DNA from: Candidatus Bathyarchaeota archaeon
Lineage (GTDB): Archaea; Thermoproteota; Bathyarchaeia; Bathyarchaeales; Bathycorpusculaceae
Assembly (NCBI GenBank): GCA_963772455.1
Contig: CAVYXJ010000010.1
Span: 32,001-96,000 of the forward strand
DNA: 64,000 nucleotides
Reading direction: 5' to 3'
Shown here: positions 9,834 through 19,340 of the stretch, in pieces
How the letters are laid out: the number at the start of each line of letters is the position of its first letter
Position numbering within the stretch: the stretch's first letter is position 1
Made by a program: the position numbers and the translations under genes
The notes under the pieces: generated by a model
The model's database searches: none
What the model was told of the DNA's origin: nothing
Seen by the model: only the letters and a program-made list of their open reading frames with translations

Positions 9834-11216
9834 TTGAAATATGACGTAATAATTGTGGGCGCAGGCCCAGCAGGCATCTTCTCAGCGCTAGAGCTAACTG
9901 AGAAAACAAACCTTAACGTTCTGGTTCTCGACCGAGGGCTAGATATTGACAAGCGCAAGTGCCCTTCAAGCCGGGGCTTCGAATGCGTCCATTGTGAACC
10001 ATGCTCAGTTCTCTCAGGCTGGGGTGGAGCAGGTGCTTACAGCGACGGCAAACTCACCTTATCAACAGAAGTTGGCGGCTGGCTAAACCAATACATTTCA
10101 ACCAAAGAACTAGCTGACCTGGTAAAGTATTGTGACGGCATCTACATAAAATTCGGGGCTAGTGAACAAGTTTTTGGCGGCGAAAACGAGGAAATAGATG
10201 AAATCGAACGCAAAGCATCGTTAGCTGGTCTAAAACTCATCAAGCAACAAGTACGCCACATGGGCACCGACAAATGTCTCGAAACCCTCCAACGCATGCG
10301 CAAACATCTCAATGGCAAAATAACCTTCCAACCTAAAACTGAGGTTAAAGGGCTCATCGTAGATGACCACGTCATCAAAGGCGTCGAAACAGTTAATGGT
10401 GAAAAATTCCTCGCAAAATATGTCATCATTGCCCCGGGAAGAAGCGGTGCAGAGTGGCTGCAAACAGAAGCTCAAATCCGAGGCTTAAAGACAGTTAACA
10501 ACCCGGTCGACATTGGTGTACGTGTTGAGCTATTAGCTTCAGTTATGGAAACTCTAACCAAAGCCCTCTATGAGCCAAAACTCGTTTATTTTTCAAGATC
10601 ATTTGACGATCAGGTCCGTACATTTTGCGTCTCTCCGCATGGAGAAGTAACGACTGAATCATACGATGGCGTCTTAACCGTAAACGGGGGCAGCCATGCT
10701 GAATCAAAAACATCCAACACAAACTTTGCGATACTCGTCAGTACTTCCTTTACTGAACCCTTCAAAGAACCAATTGCCTACGGCAAATACATTGCAAGAC
10801 TCTCCAACCTTCTCAGCGGTGGTGTTATGGTACAGCGATTAGGTGATCTTGATCATGGAAGACGCTCTACACCCGAGAGACTAGCACACAGCGTCCTAAC
10901 ACCAACTCTTAAAAATGCCACTCCAGGTGACTTAAGCTTCGTACTACCATATCGCTATTTAACGGATATACGGGAAATGCTTCAAGCACTCGACAAAATA
11001 GCCCCGGGAGTCTATTCGCCTGAAACATTGCTCTATGGTGTTGAAGTAAAATTCTATAGTTCCCACCTACAATTAAACAATTCATTAGAGAGCAAAATCC
11101 AGAACATGTTCACCATAGGCGACGGCGCAGGCGTCACTCGCGGACTCATCCAAGCATCAGCTTCAGGTGTTATCGTTGCGAGAGAGATTCTCAAACGTGA
11201 AAAACTGAAGGCCTAA
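9834..11216 (+). CDS. FAD/NAD(P)-dependent oxidoreductase (COG2509-like)
   Basis: IIVGAGPAG Rossmann motif, C..CEPC, GWGGAGAYSDGKL and GDGAGVTRGLIQA; TTG at 9834 behind GGGGG is a better start than 9756. Confidence 0.88.
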   Translation: MKYDVIIVGAGPAGIFSALELTEKTNLNVLVLDRGLDIDKRKCPSSRGFECVHCEPCSVLSGWGGAGAYSDGKLTLSTEVGGWLNQYISTKELADLVKYCDGIYIKFGASEQVFGGENEEIDEIERKASLAGLKLIKQQVRHMGTDKCLETLQRMRKHLNGKITFQPKTEVKGLIVDDHVIKGVETVNGEKFLAKYVIIAPGRSGAEWLQTEAQIRGLKTVNNPVDIGVRVELLASVMETLTKALYEPKLVYFSRSFDDQVRTFCVSPHGEVTTESYDGVLTVNGGSHAESKTSNTNFAILVSTSFTEPFKEPIAYGKYIARLSNLLSGGVMVQRLGDLDHGRRSTPERLAHSVLTPTLKNATPGDLSFVLPYRYLTDIREMLQALDKIAPGVYSPETLLYGVEVKFYSSHLQLNNSLESKIQNMFTIGDGAGVTRGLIQASASGVIVAREILKREKLKA

Positions 11217-11221
11217 ACATC

Positions 11222-11965
11222 ATGGCTATAGCTCAAAATATTCGGTGCTCACATTGCGGTGCTCCAGTCGAATTCAAACCTGGCGAGTTAGTAGCTACCT
11301 GCAAGTATTGTGGCTTCACAACTGTAATCGAGACTGGTCAAGCATTCACTTTTGAGCATTCTTTACTACTTAACAATTACTCTGAAGAGCAAATTGAAAA
11401 TTTAGTGCGTGATTGGATGCGTTCAGGCTTTATGAAACCTGGTGATTTAGCAAGAAAGGCTAAATTGATTGAGAAAAACCTTGTTTACCTGCCTTTCTGG
11501 ATTGTCTCCGCCGATGCCACAACCAAGTACAAGGGAATTTTTGAGCGTATCTCGCCGGCTATTGTTAAGGAAGGGCAAATTCAGAAGGAATATAATTGGC
11601 TGGTTTTAGCTCGTGAAGCATCAGGTTTCCCAACTCGTGAATACAATGTGCCTTTAACAGGTAAAATTCCTTTTGATTTTAGGAAAATTGAGGGATTCGC
11701 TAAATTACTCAACAGTGAAATGACTCGTGAAGAAGCATTAGAAATTGCGAAGCAGCAGATTGAGGCACTTCACCGTTTTCTGCTTCAGCAAGATATTGAT
11801 AAAATCGTTGAAGTCGCTACAACAATTAATTTGGAGCAAATGGTTTATTTGCATGCACCAATCTGGTTCATAAAATACGATTACAAAGGCAATAATTACC
11901 AAATGATAGTTGATGGAGCAACAGGCATTGTTTTAAAGGGCGATATACCCTCTTCCAAGTTTTAA
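11222..11965 (+). CDS. Zn-ribbon protein (YdjG-like architecture)
   Basis: CSHCGA..CKYCG ribbon, YLPFW, P.W...Y.YKG..Y...VDG.TG.V..G..P. Confidence 0.75.
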   Translation: MAIAQNIRCSHCGAPVEFKPGELVATCKYCGFTTVIETGQAFTFEHSLLLNNYSEEQIENLVRDWMRSGFMKPGDLARKAKLIEKNLVYLPFWIVSADATTKYKGIFERISPAIVKEGQIQKEYNWLVLAREASGFPTREYNVPLTGKIPFDFRKIEGFAKLLNSEMTREEALEIAKQQIEALHRFLLQQDIDKIVEVATTINLEQMVYLHAPIWFIKYDYKGNNYQMIVDGATGIVLKGDIPSSKF

Positions 11966-12034
11966 TTTTATTTAAAAAACTTTAAAAGTAACTCTTTTTT
12001 TATAACGGAATACAAATAATGGAGGATTTAGGGA

Positions 12035-12574
12035 ATGAGCGAAAATAAAGATGTATATGGACAGGCAAAGAGCCAAATGAGGCTTTCAGAACGCATTGCG
12101 GCAGCGCTTCCAGGGTTCCGCGGATACAAAGAGAAGGAACTTCGCCGCGAATCAGACAAACTAGTCCGAAATAACCTTTACCTTAAACTCACCAAAGACA
12201 AAGATAACATCAGAAGCATCTCACAGAAAATAGCAGATAAACGTTACATGGATGTTTTAACCGACATAGATAGGTTAAGCGCTAAAATGGACCGAATAAC
12301 CGAAAAGATAAACCATGCATCATATGGTTATGCAGGCTTCTACGATATAGTTAAAATCAAAGAAGAAAACCTTGATCGAATGATAACCTTCGACAGCCAA
12401 CTCCTCGATGAAGTAAACGCTTTAAGCACAAGTATCGAAGACTTAAAGACTCAATTGTTGAACAATAACTTCGCTAATCTAAAAGACAAAATTCAAACAA
12501 TAGCTGATAAGTTTGAATTACTTGAAGACACTTTTGATAAAAGAGAACAAGTAATGATAGGAGTGATACAATAA
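12035..12574 (+). CDS. Conserved all-helical hypothetical protein
   Basis: PGFRGYKEKELRRESDKLVR; long amphipathic helices; strong GGAGG SD. Confidence 0.8.
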   Translation: MSENKDVYGQAKSQMRLSERIAAALPGFRGYKEKELRRESDKLVRNNLYLKLTKDKDNIRSISQKIADKRYMDVLTDIDRLSAKMDRITEKINHASYGYAGFYDIVKIKEENLDRMITFDSQLLDEVNALSTSIEDLKTQLLNNNFANLKDKIQTIADKFELLEDTFDKREQVMIGVIQ

Positions 12575-13551
12575 TGCCGCAAGTAATAGCATGGCAAAAT
12601 GCAGGTTCAGAAGACATAGTTTGGCGCTATCCAATTGAGGACATTACGTGGGGAGCACAGCTAATCGTTAACGAATATGAGATGGCAGTGTTCTTCCGAG
12701 ACGGCAAAGCATACGATGTTTTCGGTCCAGGCAGACACACATTAACAACCTTGAATCTGCCCGTATTAACAAGCTTGCTGACTCGACTGGTGGGTTTTGG
12801 CGGTAACAAACCCTTCAAAGCAACCGTCATTTACATTAGCACCAAAGTGTTTGCTGGTAAATGGGGCACACGTGCACAAACAACTGAATTGGCGCCTTTG
12901 CAAGTGTTTGGGCAATTCTGGTTCAAAGTTGGCGACGCATCTTTATTCGTTAACGAAGTAATTGGCGGACAAAACGCTTACACAACCGACGGAGTAAACA
13001 ATTTCCTCAGAGGCTTCTTAAATGAGAAAATAATCGATGAACTCAGCCACTACGATCTCATAACAGTCTTCACACGTTTAGACGAAACCTCCGTTATCGT
13101 GAAAAACTCATTAATTGACTACTTCAAACGCGTCGGCATCGAATTAACCGATCTACGATTCGAAGGAATAGACACAACACCCGAATATCGCGAACGACTA
13201 TTCTGGCTCAAAACTGGACAAACCGCTCCAGGAGATGTCTTACGAATGGAAACATTGAAGAATGCAGCAGCGTCGCTTGGACAAGGAGGAGGCTCAGGAG
13301 CCCTCGGAGCAGGAATGGTACTTATACCCCAGATCATGACACCAACTGGAGCACCACAAGCAGCACCCGCAGCAGCACTTGTCATTTGCCCAAAATGCGG
13401 AGAAAAAGTTCCTGCAACAAGCAAATTCTGTCCCAACTGCGGAACAACTCTAACACCACCATCACAAGGGGCAATGACATGCCCAAACTGTGGCAAATCC
13501 ATCCCTGCAAACTCTAAGTTCTGCCCAGAATGCGGAACCAAAATTGCCTAA
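12574..13551 (+). CDS. SPFH/band-7 domain protein with double zinc ribbon (YdjI-like)
   Basis: IVWRYP, QLIVNEYEMAVFFRDGK..DVFGPGRHTL.T.NLP; C-terminal CPKCG..KFCPNCG..CPNCG..KFCPECG. Confidence 0.9.
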   Translation: MPQVIAWQNAGSEDIVWRYPIEDITWGAQLIVNEYEMAVFFRDGKAYDVFGPGRHTLTTLNLPVLTSLLTRLVGFGGNKPFKATVIYISTKVFAGKWGTRAQTTELAPLQVFGQFWFKVGDASLFVNEVIGGQNAYTTDGVNNFLRGFLNEKIIDELSHYDLITVFTRLDETSVIVKNSLIDYFKRVGIELTDLRFEGIDTTPEYRERLFWLKTGQTAPGDVLRMETLKNAAASLGQGGGSGALGAGMVLIPQIMTPTGAPQAAPAAALVICPKCGEKVPATSKFCPNCGTTLTPPSQGAMTCPNCGKSIPANSKFCPECGTKIA

Positions 13552-13563
13552 GGAGCACCATGA

Positions 13564-13902
13564 ATGAGCAATAGTGACCGTCAACTTCTGAGTTTTGGAG
13601 TATTCCTCATCATCATAGTTGTAGGAATATTGTTAACTATTGCAGGAATCATCGGATGGGGCTTATTTGTCCCAATAGTTGCGGTGCTGTGCGGCTTATG
13701 GGCAATCGTTTTAGGTGGCATGCGAGCAAGCAAAACTCAGAAGTATGAACGCGGATCCTTCAGTACAATTGCTTCAGGCGCCGGTCTCATTGCTTTGGGT
13801 GTAGCATGGTATCTATTCGGCATTAATTGGCTATTTTCTGTAGTTGTTATCCTACTAGCAATCGCCGCTTTAGCCATTGCAGCATCATTAAGGCGCAAAT
13901 AA
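13564..13902 (+). CDS. Small 4-TM membrane protein
   Basis: Four hydrophobic segments; last gene of the SPFH cluster. Confidence 0.8.
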   Translation: MSNSDRQLLSFGVFLIIIVVGILLTIAGIIGWGLFVPIVAVLCGLWAIVLGGMRASKTQKYERGSFSTIASGAGLIALGVAWYLFGINWLFSVVVILLAIAALAIAASLRRK

Positions 13903-13973
13903 TTCTATTGAGCCTTTTCGGCTCTAAACATTTTTCTATTCCATTGTGTAGTCATGATGCAGAAGGCATGCTA

Positions 13974-15581
13974 ATGAGTGAAGAAACTATAGGTCACGGT
14001 ACTTGGTACGACTTGATGGCTATGAAAGTCATCGAAAGAGAGCAAACGTTAAACCGAGACATGAGCAAAATTCGAACAGAGATGGGACTTGGAGCCTCAG
14101 GTTTTCCACATATCGGCAGCTTAGGCGATGCATCCCGAAGCTTCGCAGTCACCTTGGCACTTAAGAACCTAAACTGCAATTCTGAATTGGTTGCTTTTTG
14201 TGATGACAAAGATGGTCTGCGCAAAGTTCCCGAAGGGCTTCCAAAGGAAATGGAAAAATATTTGGGGTACTCGGTTTCCAGCATCCCTGACCCTTTTGGT
14301 TGCCATGAAAGTTACGGTAAACATATGAGTTCGCTGCTGCTTGATGCATTAGATAAGTGCGGTATTGAATACAAGTATTATTCGGCCAATGAAATATACA
14401 AAAAAGGCCTTCTTTTAAACGAAATCAGAACTATACTAATCAACGCCAAAAAAGTTGGCGAAATAGTAAAAGAAGAAGTAGGTCAAGAAACCTACACTGA
14501 GGTTTTACCGTATTTTGCTGTCTGTGAGAAATGCAGCCACCTCTACACGACAAGAGCCTACAAGTTTGACCCCAAAACTGACCGTGTCTCCTACAAATGC
14601 GAAGGCCTTGAAATCCGAGGAAAACTCATCGCTGGCTGCGGTCATCAAGGCGAAGTGGACATTAAAAGCGGCGATGGTAAACTCACTTGGAAAAGCGAGT
14701 TCGCTGCCCGGTGGAAAGCGCTAGACATTAGGTTTGAAGCTTATGGCAAAGATATCGCTGACTCAGTTCGCATCAACGACCGAATTTGCCGCGAGGTTCT
14801 CTGTTTTGAGCCGCCATCCCACGCAAAATATGAGATGTTCCTGGACAAGGGTGGCAAGAAAATCTCCAAGTCAGCAGGCAACGTGTTTACGCCGCAAGTG
14901 TGGTTTAATTATGGCTCTCCTCAATCGCTTTTGTTGCTTATGCTTAAGCGGTTCGTTGGTACACGCACGTTAGATGTTTCCGACATTCCAGCCTATATGA
15001 ACGAGATTGACTCTTTAGAGGATGTTTACTTTGGAAAAAAACGGGTCGGCGAGAAGGAAGACACCAAACTCAAAGGATTATACCTTTACTGCTATGCCAT
15101 GAAGCCACCAACAAAACTAAGTATCCATGTACCCTACAACCTCATGGCGTTCCTAGTCAAGATGGCTCCTAAAGAGTGCATGAATGACTACGTGACTGAA
15201 AAACTTCAGAGTTATGGATATTTGCAGAAGACTCAAACCTTAGACGCCAACCTATTGAAGCGAATCGAGTACGCTTTGAACTGGATACGCGACTTTGAAG
15301 AAATTAAAGAGACTGTAGTAGAATTAACTGCTGAAGAAATGAAAGCCATAACTGAACTTACCACAAAACTTCAAACTGAATACGATCCAGACAAAATCCA
15401 AAACGCTATCTTCAACGCAGCCAAAGATAACAACATAAAACCAGGCGCCTTCTTCAAAACGCTCTATCAGGTTTTGATGGGTGCACCACAGGGTCCACGG
15501 TTGGGTCCATATGTACTTGCGATGGGAAAACAAAACGTAATCGACGCATTGCACAGAGTCTTAAACAAAGTTAACTGTTAA
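13974..15581 (+). CDS. lysS: Lysyl-tRNA synthetase, class I
   Basis: SGFPHIGS (HIGH-like), GKLTWKSEFAARW, KISKSAGN (KMSKS-like) and QGPRLG; start at ATG 13968 or 13974, not 13827. Confidence 0.95.
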   Translation: MSEETIGHGTWYDLMAMKVIEREQTLNRDMSKIRTEMGLGASGFPHIGSLGDASRSFAVTLALKNLNCNSELVAFCDDKDGLRKVPEGLPKEMEKYLGYSVSSIPDPFGCHESYGKHMSSLLLDALDKCGIEYKYYSANEIYKKGLLLNEIRTILINAKKVGEIVKEEVGQETYTEVLPYFAVCEKCSHLYTTRAYKFDPKTDRVSYKCEGLEIRGKLIAGCGHQGEVDIKSGDGKLTWKSEFAARWKALDIRFEAYGKDIADSVRINDRICREVLCFEPPSHAKYEMFLDKGGKKISKSAGNVFTPQVWFNYGSPQSLLLLMLKRFVGTRTLDVSDIPAYMNEIDSLEDVYFGKKRVGEKEDTKLKGLYLYCYAMKPPTKLSIHVPYNLMAFLVKMAPKECMNDYVTEKLQSYGYLQKTQTLDANLLKRIEYALNWIRDFEEIKETVVELTAEEMKAITELTTKLQTEYDPDKIQNAIFNAAKDNNIKPGAFFKTLYQVLMGAPQGPRLGPYVLAMGKQNVIDALHRVLNKVNC

Positions 15582-15717
15582 TTTTTTTTCAACTTTATTT
15601 CCCGTCTTTTCAACAACAGATAATAATCTTATTTAACAAATGAATTCAAGACCACTATTTTTAAGTTCAAGCAAAGTATTAGCTATTCTGCCCTTTTAGT
15701 TCTGGGGTAAAAACATT

Positions 15718-15796
15718 GGGCTCGTCGTCTAGTACGGATTAGGGCACCGGCCTGCGGAGCCGGACGTCATGGGTTCAAATCCCATCGGGCCCGCCA
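15718..15796 (+). tRNA. tRNA-Arg (GCG), CCA encoded
   Basis: GGGCTCG...CCGGC CT GCG GA GCCGG...ATGGG TTCAAAT CCCAT CGGGCCC G CCA. Confidence 0.95.
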
Positions 15797-15927
15797 CCAC
15801 CTTTTCAATAAACCAATTTGTAAATTTCCCGTAGCAAAGGATGAGGTCCGTTTGAACAATGTATTATGTGTTACCCAAGTATAAATAAAGAGACACCAAC
15901 AATGAACATTCAAGTGGAGAATCACCC

Positions 15928-17460
15928 TTGACAAGCATGATTGATAGTGCTTACAGAGAACTCTTATCAAAAACCAAAGATGTTGTGTTACTCTCGACGG
16001 CTGAGGGCATTATTCATTGGGATATGGAAATCTATATGCCTCCAAAAGCGGTAGACCAGCGAAGCCAACAACTTGCACTATTAAGTCGAATTCACCATAA
16101 GTTGGGAACTGACCCGAGAATAGGAAAACTTTTAACCACGATTCAAAAAGACCCGCATTTTCTGACACTAGGGCAAGTAGAAAAACGCAACCTTTACCTC
16201 ATCCACAAAAACTACCAAGAACAAATTGCCCTGCCTGAAAAACTTGTCGGAGACCTCGCAATGCAAGAAGTTAAAACTGTCAACACTTGGAAGAAAGCAA
16301 AGGCAAAAAAAGATTTTGACCTCTTTAAAGCTGATTTCCAAAAACTGCTGGACCTAAGCAAACAAGCCGCTGAAATACTTATGAAAGTCAAACATACCAA
16401 AACACCTTATGAAGCGTTACTTGACAATTTTGAGCCAAAAATGCCTGCGAAGAAAATAACAGAAACTTTCAATCAATTATTAGCTGGTTTAAAACCCTTA
16501 ATTGCAAAGATTCAAGACTCAAAGATAAAACCTTCTTCAGAGATTCTCAATCAACTTGTCCCATTGGAAAACCAACGAAAAATTACTCAACTCATTACTG
16601 AGGCAATCGGATACGATACTGCTTCCTCAAATGCGGGAGGACGAGTAGACGAAACAGAGCATCCGTTTACAACGGGTTACTATAATGATGTACGAATAAC
16701 TACTCATTATTATCCTAATAATTTTGCCAGCTCAATCTTCTCTGTTCTCCATGAAAGTGGGCATGCCCTCTATGAACAAAATCTAAACCCGGAGTGGCAG
16801 TATCAACCCATAGGATCAACCTGCTCATACGGCATACATGAATCCCAATCAAGATTCTATGAAAACATCATTGGACGCTCTAAAGAGTTTTGGACAGGTT
16901 TTCTGCCAAAAATAAAGCAAGCTGCACCAAGCCTAAATAACCTCCAGTTAGATCCATTTCTTCAAGCTATCAACAAAGTTGAACGATCAAAGATCCGAAT
17001 CGAAGCGGATGAAGTTACATATAGCCTACACATTATCATCCGCTTTGAGCTTGAAAGAGATCTCTTCGACGATAAAATCACAATCGACGAGTTACCAGAG
17101 ATATGGAACCAAAAATATGCAGATTATCTTGGCGTCAAAATTGAAAATGATGCAGAAGGTGTTATGCAGGATACACATTGGGCAAGCGGCTTGTATGGTT
17201 ACTTTCCAAGCTACGTATTAGGAAACATTTATGGTGGTCAGATAGTCTCTGCCATTACAGAAAACCTACCAGACTGGGGTATTAAATTATTAGACGGAAA
17301 ACTCGGTGGAATCAATATGTGGCTTAAGAAAAATATCCACAATCAAGGTGACCTATATGAGCCTGAAGAACTAATAAAGCGGGCAACAGGAACAAACATA
17401 GATTCGCAGCCTTATCTACAGTACTTAATCAAAAAATACAGTAATCTATACGGGTTTTAA
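15928..17460 (+). CDS. Carboxypeptidase M32 (Taq-type)
   Basis: HPF, DVRITT, HESGHALYEQ, HESQS, IRIEADE.TY and GYFPSY motifs. Confidence 0.96.
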   Translation: MTSMIDSAYRELLSKTKDVVLLSTAEGIIHWDMEIYMPPKAVDQRSQQLALLSRIHHKLGTDPRIGKLLTTIQKDPHFLTLGQVEKRNLYLIHKNYQEQIALPEKLVGDLAMQEVKTVNTWKKAKAKKDFDLFKADFQKLLDLSKQAAEILMKVKHTKTPYEALLDNFEPKMPAKKITETFNQLLAGLKPLIAKIQDSKIKPSSEILNQLVPLENQRKITQLITEAIGYDTASSNAGGRVDETEHPFTTGYYNDVRITTHYYPNNFASSIFSVLHESGHALYEQNLNPEWQYQPIGSTCSYGIHESQSRFYENIIGRSKEFWTGFLPKIKQAAPSLNNLQLDPFLQAINKVERSKIRIEADEVTYSLHIIIRFELERDLFDDKITIDELPEIWNQKYADYLGVKIENDAEGVMQDTHWASGLYGYFPSYVLGNIYGGQIVSAITENLPDWGIKLLDGKLGGINMWLKKNIHNQGDLYEPEELIKRATGTNIDSQPYLQYLIKKYSNLYGF

Positions 17461-17684
17461 GCAATAGAAGGTTTTTTCCTGGTTAGCTCTTTGTAAATGT
17501 AAATAATAAGGTACCCTGCGATAGAGCCGATGAAAAGATAAACGCCGCTATAACCTACAACAACGTTGTATGTATTGGCGCCGTAAAGGAACAACAAAAA
17601 GCCGAGTACGAATAAGCCTAATAATGTCCAGTCAGTCCAAGACAATTGAGTTTCCTCATTAAATATTGCTTTCAATATTTGCAT
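17457..17684 (-). CDS. Small 2-TM membrane protein
   Basis: 75 aa with two hydrophobic helices and a basic C-terminal tail. Confidence 0.65.
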   Translation of the reverse strand: MQILKAIFNEETQLSWTDWTLLGLFVLGFLLFLYGANTYNVVVGYSGVYLFIGSIAGYLIIYIYKELTRKKPSIA

Positions 17685-17858
17685 TCAAATATAAAGATTT
17701 AGAGACAAACATGAATGACAGGCGTTATCACCCTTATAAGAATTAATTGAAAATGCCGACTTATCGCTAAAGCCATAGCATGTCACTTCAATCTTTTGCA
17801 CCACATCCGACATTTTTATATATAAGATAACATACAGAAACCAACCGAGGTAAATATT

Positions 17859-19298
17859 ATGTCGGGATCAGACATTAAAAAACCAGAAACACGTGAAATA
17901 TTTGTAAAAATGCTAACAGATGCCGCAAAAAAAGAAATTGGTTCTAAAGGAAAACTGTCAAAACCGACAGTCGTCGGAACAGCAAAAGAAATGGATATTC
18001 ACAGAGACACACTTTATTCATGGTTAAAGGAATTCAATGTCGATTTCAAAGAAATCGTAGACCGTATGCCGACAGCTATTGACGATGTAGAAGATGATTC
18101 AGGACCCACTTACCTAATAGGTGAATCACTACTTGGGGAAGGAAACGAAGTTGCACACATTGACTTGATGATAGGAGACAAAAACGGACCTATTGGACAA
18201 GCATTCGCCAATGGAATGACCCAGCTATCAGCCGGGCACACACCACTCCTAGCAGTAATAAGACCAAACCTCCCACCTAAACCACATACACTAATCGTAC
18301 CAAAAGTCACAGTAAAAAACATGGAGGACACAGGCAAAATTTTTGGTCCAGCACAAGCAGCAGTTGCAAAAGCTATCGCTGACTCAGTCGAAGAAGGAGT
18401 CATTCCACCGAGCAAACTAGATAGCTGGGTTATCATATGCAGCGTTTTCATTCATCCAAAAGCAATTGATTTCCGCAAGATATACCAGTACAATTACGGC
18501 GCAACAAAAATGGCTCTAAAACGTGCACTTAAGAAGTATCCAACACTGGAAAAAATTATCTATGAGAAAGATCGCTCAAAACACCCAATCATGGGCTTCA
18601 AAGTTCCCCGTCTGTGGCGACCACCATACTTACAAATTGCACTTGACGCACCCTCACTTGAAGGTGCAAAGAAAGTCATCCAAGCGCTTCCAGGCAGCGA
18701 CCGAATAATCCTCGAAGTTGGCACACCATTCATCAAACGCTACGGAACAAGAGGCATTAACGAACTACGCCAAATAGCCCAAGACAAATTCATTATTGCA
18801 GACCTAAAAACCCTTGACGTTGGCAAAGTTGAAGTAGACATCGCATATGAAGACACTGCAGATGCGGTTGTTGCAGCAGGACTAGCACCACCAGAGACAT
18901 TGGATGCAACAGTTTCAGAATCCAGACGCTTAGGAATCTATGCAGTCATCGATATGTTAAACGTAGAAGACGTACTTGGTAAATTGAAATCGCTTAAAGA
19001 ATTTCCAGACATAGTCATCCTACACCGAGGCATCGACCAAGAAACAGGCAGAAGCAGCGGACTGGAACGAATAAAAATCATACGCCAAGCATTTCCTAAC
19101 AAAAGATACCTGATCGCAGTCGCAGGCGGTATTGTCCCAGAAACAGCCAAAGAAGCACTAGACAAAGGCGCAGACATACTCATCGTAGGCAGATATGTAA
19201 CTCAATCCAAAGACATCGAACGCTCAGTGCGAGATTTCCTTGAATTGACACCAAGCATGCGCGAAGACGTAGACTTGTACAGAGTCCACACAGAATAA
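17859..19298 (+). CDS. fae-hps: Bifunctional formaldehyde-activating enzyme / 3-hexulose-6-phosphate synthase with N-terminal HTH-like extension
   Basis: Fae: GESLLGEGNEVAHIDLMIG, GPAQAAVAKA, YNYGATK. Hps: YLQIALD, EVGTP, DLKTLDVG, LHRGID, AVAGG. Confidence 0.93.
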   Translation: MSGSDIKKPETREIFVKMLTDAAKKEIGSKGKLSKPTVVGTAKEMDIHRDTLYSWLKEFNVDFKEIVDRMPTAIDDVEDDSGPTYLIGESLLGEGNEVAHIDLMIGDKNGPIGQAFANGMTQLSAGHTPLLAVIRPNLPPKPHTLIVPKVTVKNMEDTGKIFGPAQAAVAKAIADSVEEGVIPPSKLDSWVIICSVFIHPKAIDFRKIYQYNYGATKMALKRALKKYPTLEKIIYEKDRSKHPIMGFKVPRLWRPPYLQIALDAPSLEGAKKVIQALPGSDRIILEVGTPFIKRYGTRGINELRQIAQDKFIIADLKTLDVGKVEVDIAYEDTADAVVAAGLAPPETLDATVSESRRLGIYAVIDMLNVEDVLGKLKSLKEFPDIVILHRGIDQETGRSSGLERIKIIRQAFPNKRYLIAVAGGIVPETAKEALDKGADILIVGRYVTQSKDIERSVRDFLELTPSMREDVDLYRVHTE

Positions 19299-19340
19299 TC
19301 AAGTTCGAGCGAAAGCTCGTTTCTATTCTTTTTATTTTTT

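Noticed and set aside
13827-13973. N-terminal extension of LysRS given by the ORF track
   Set aside because: It overlaps the upstream membrane-protein gene; homology and the SD support ATG 13968 or 13974.
15767-15970. 67-aa minus-strand ORF ending WWRARWDLNP
   Set aside because: This is the typical antisense translation of a tRNA 3' end (tRNA-Arg).
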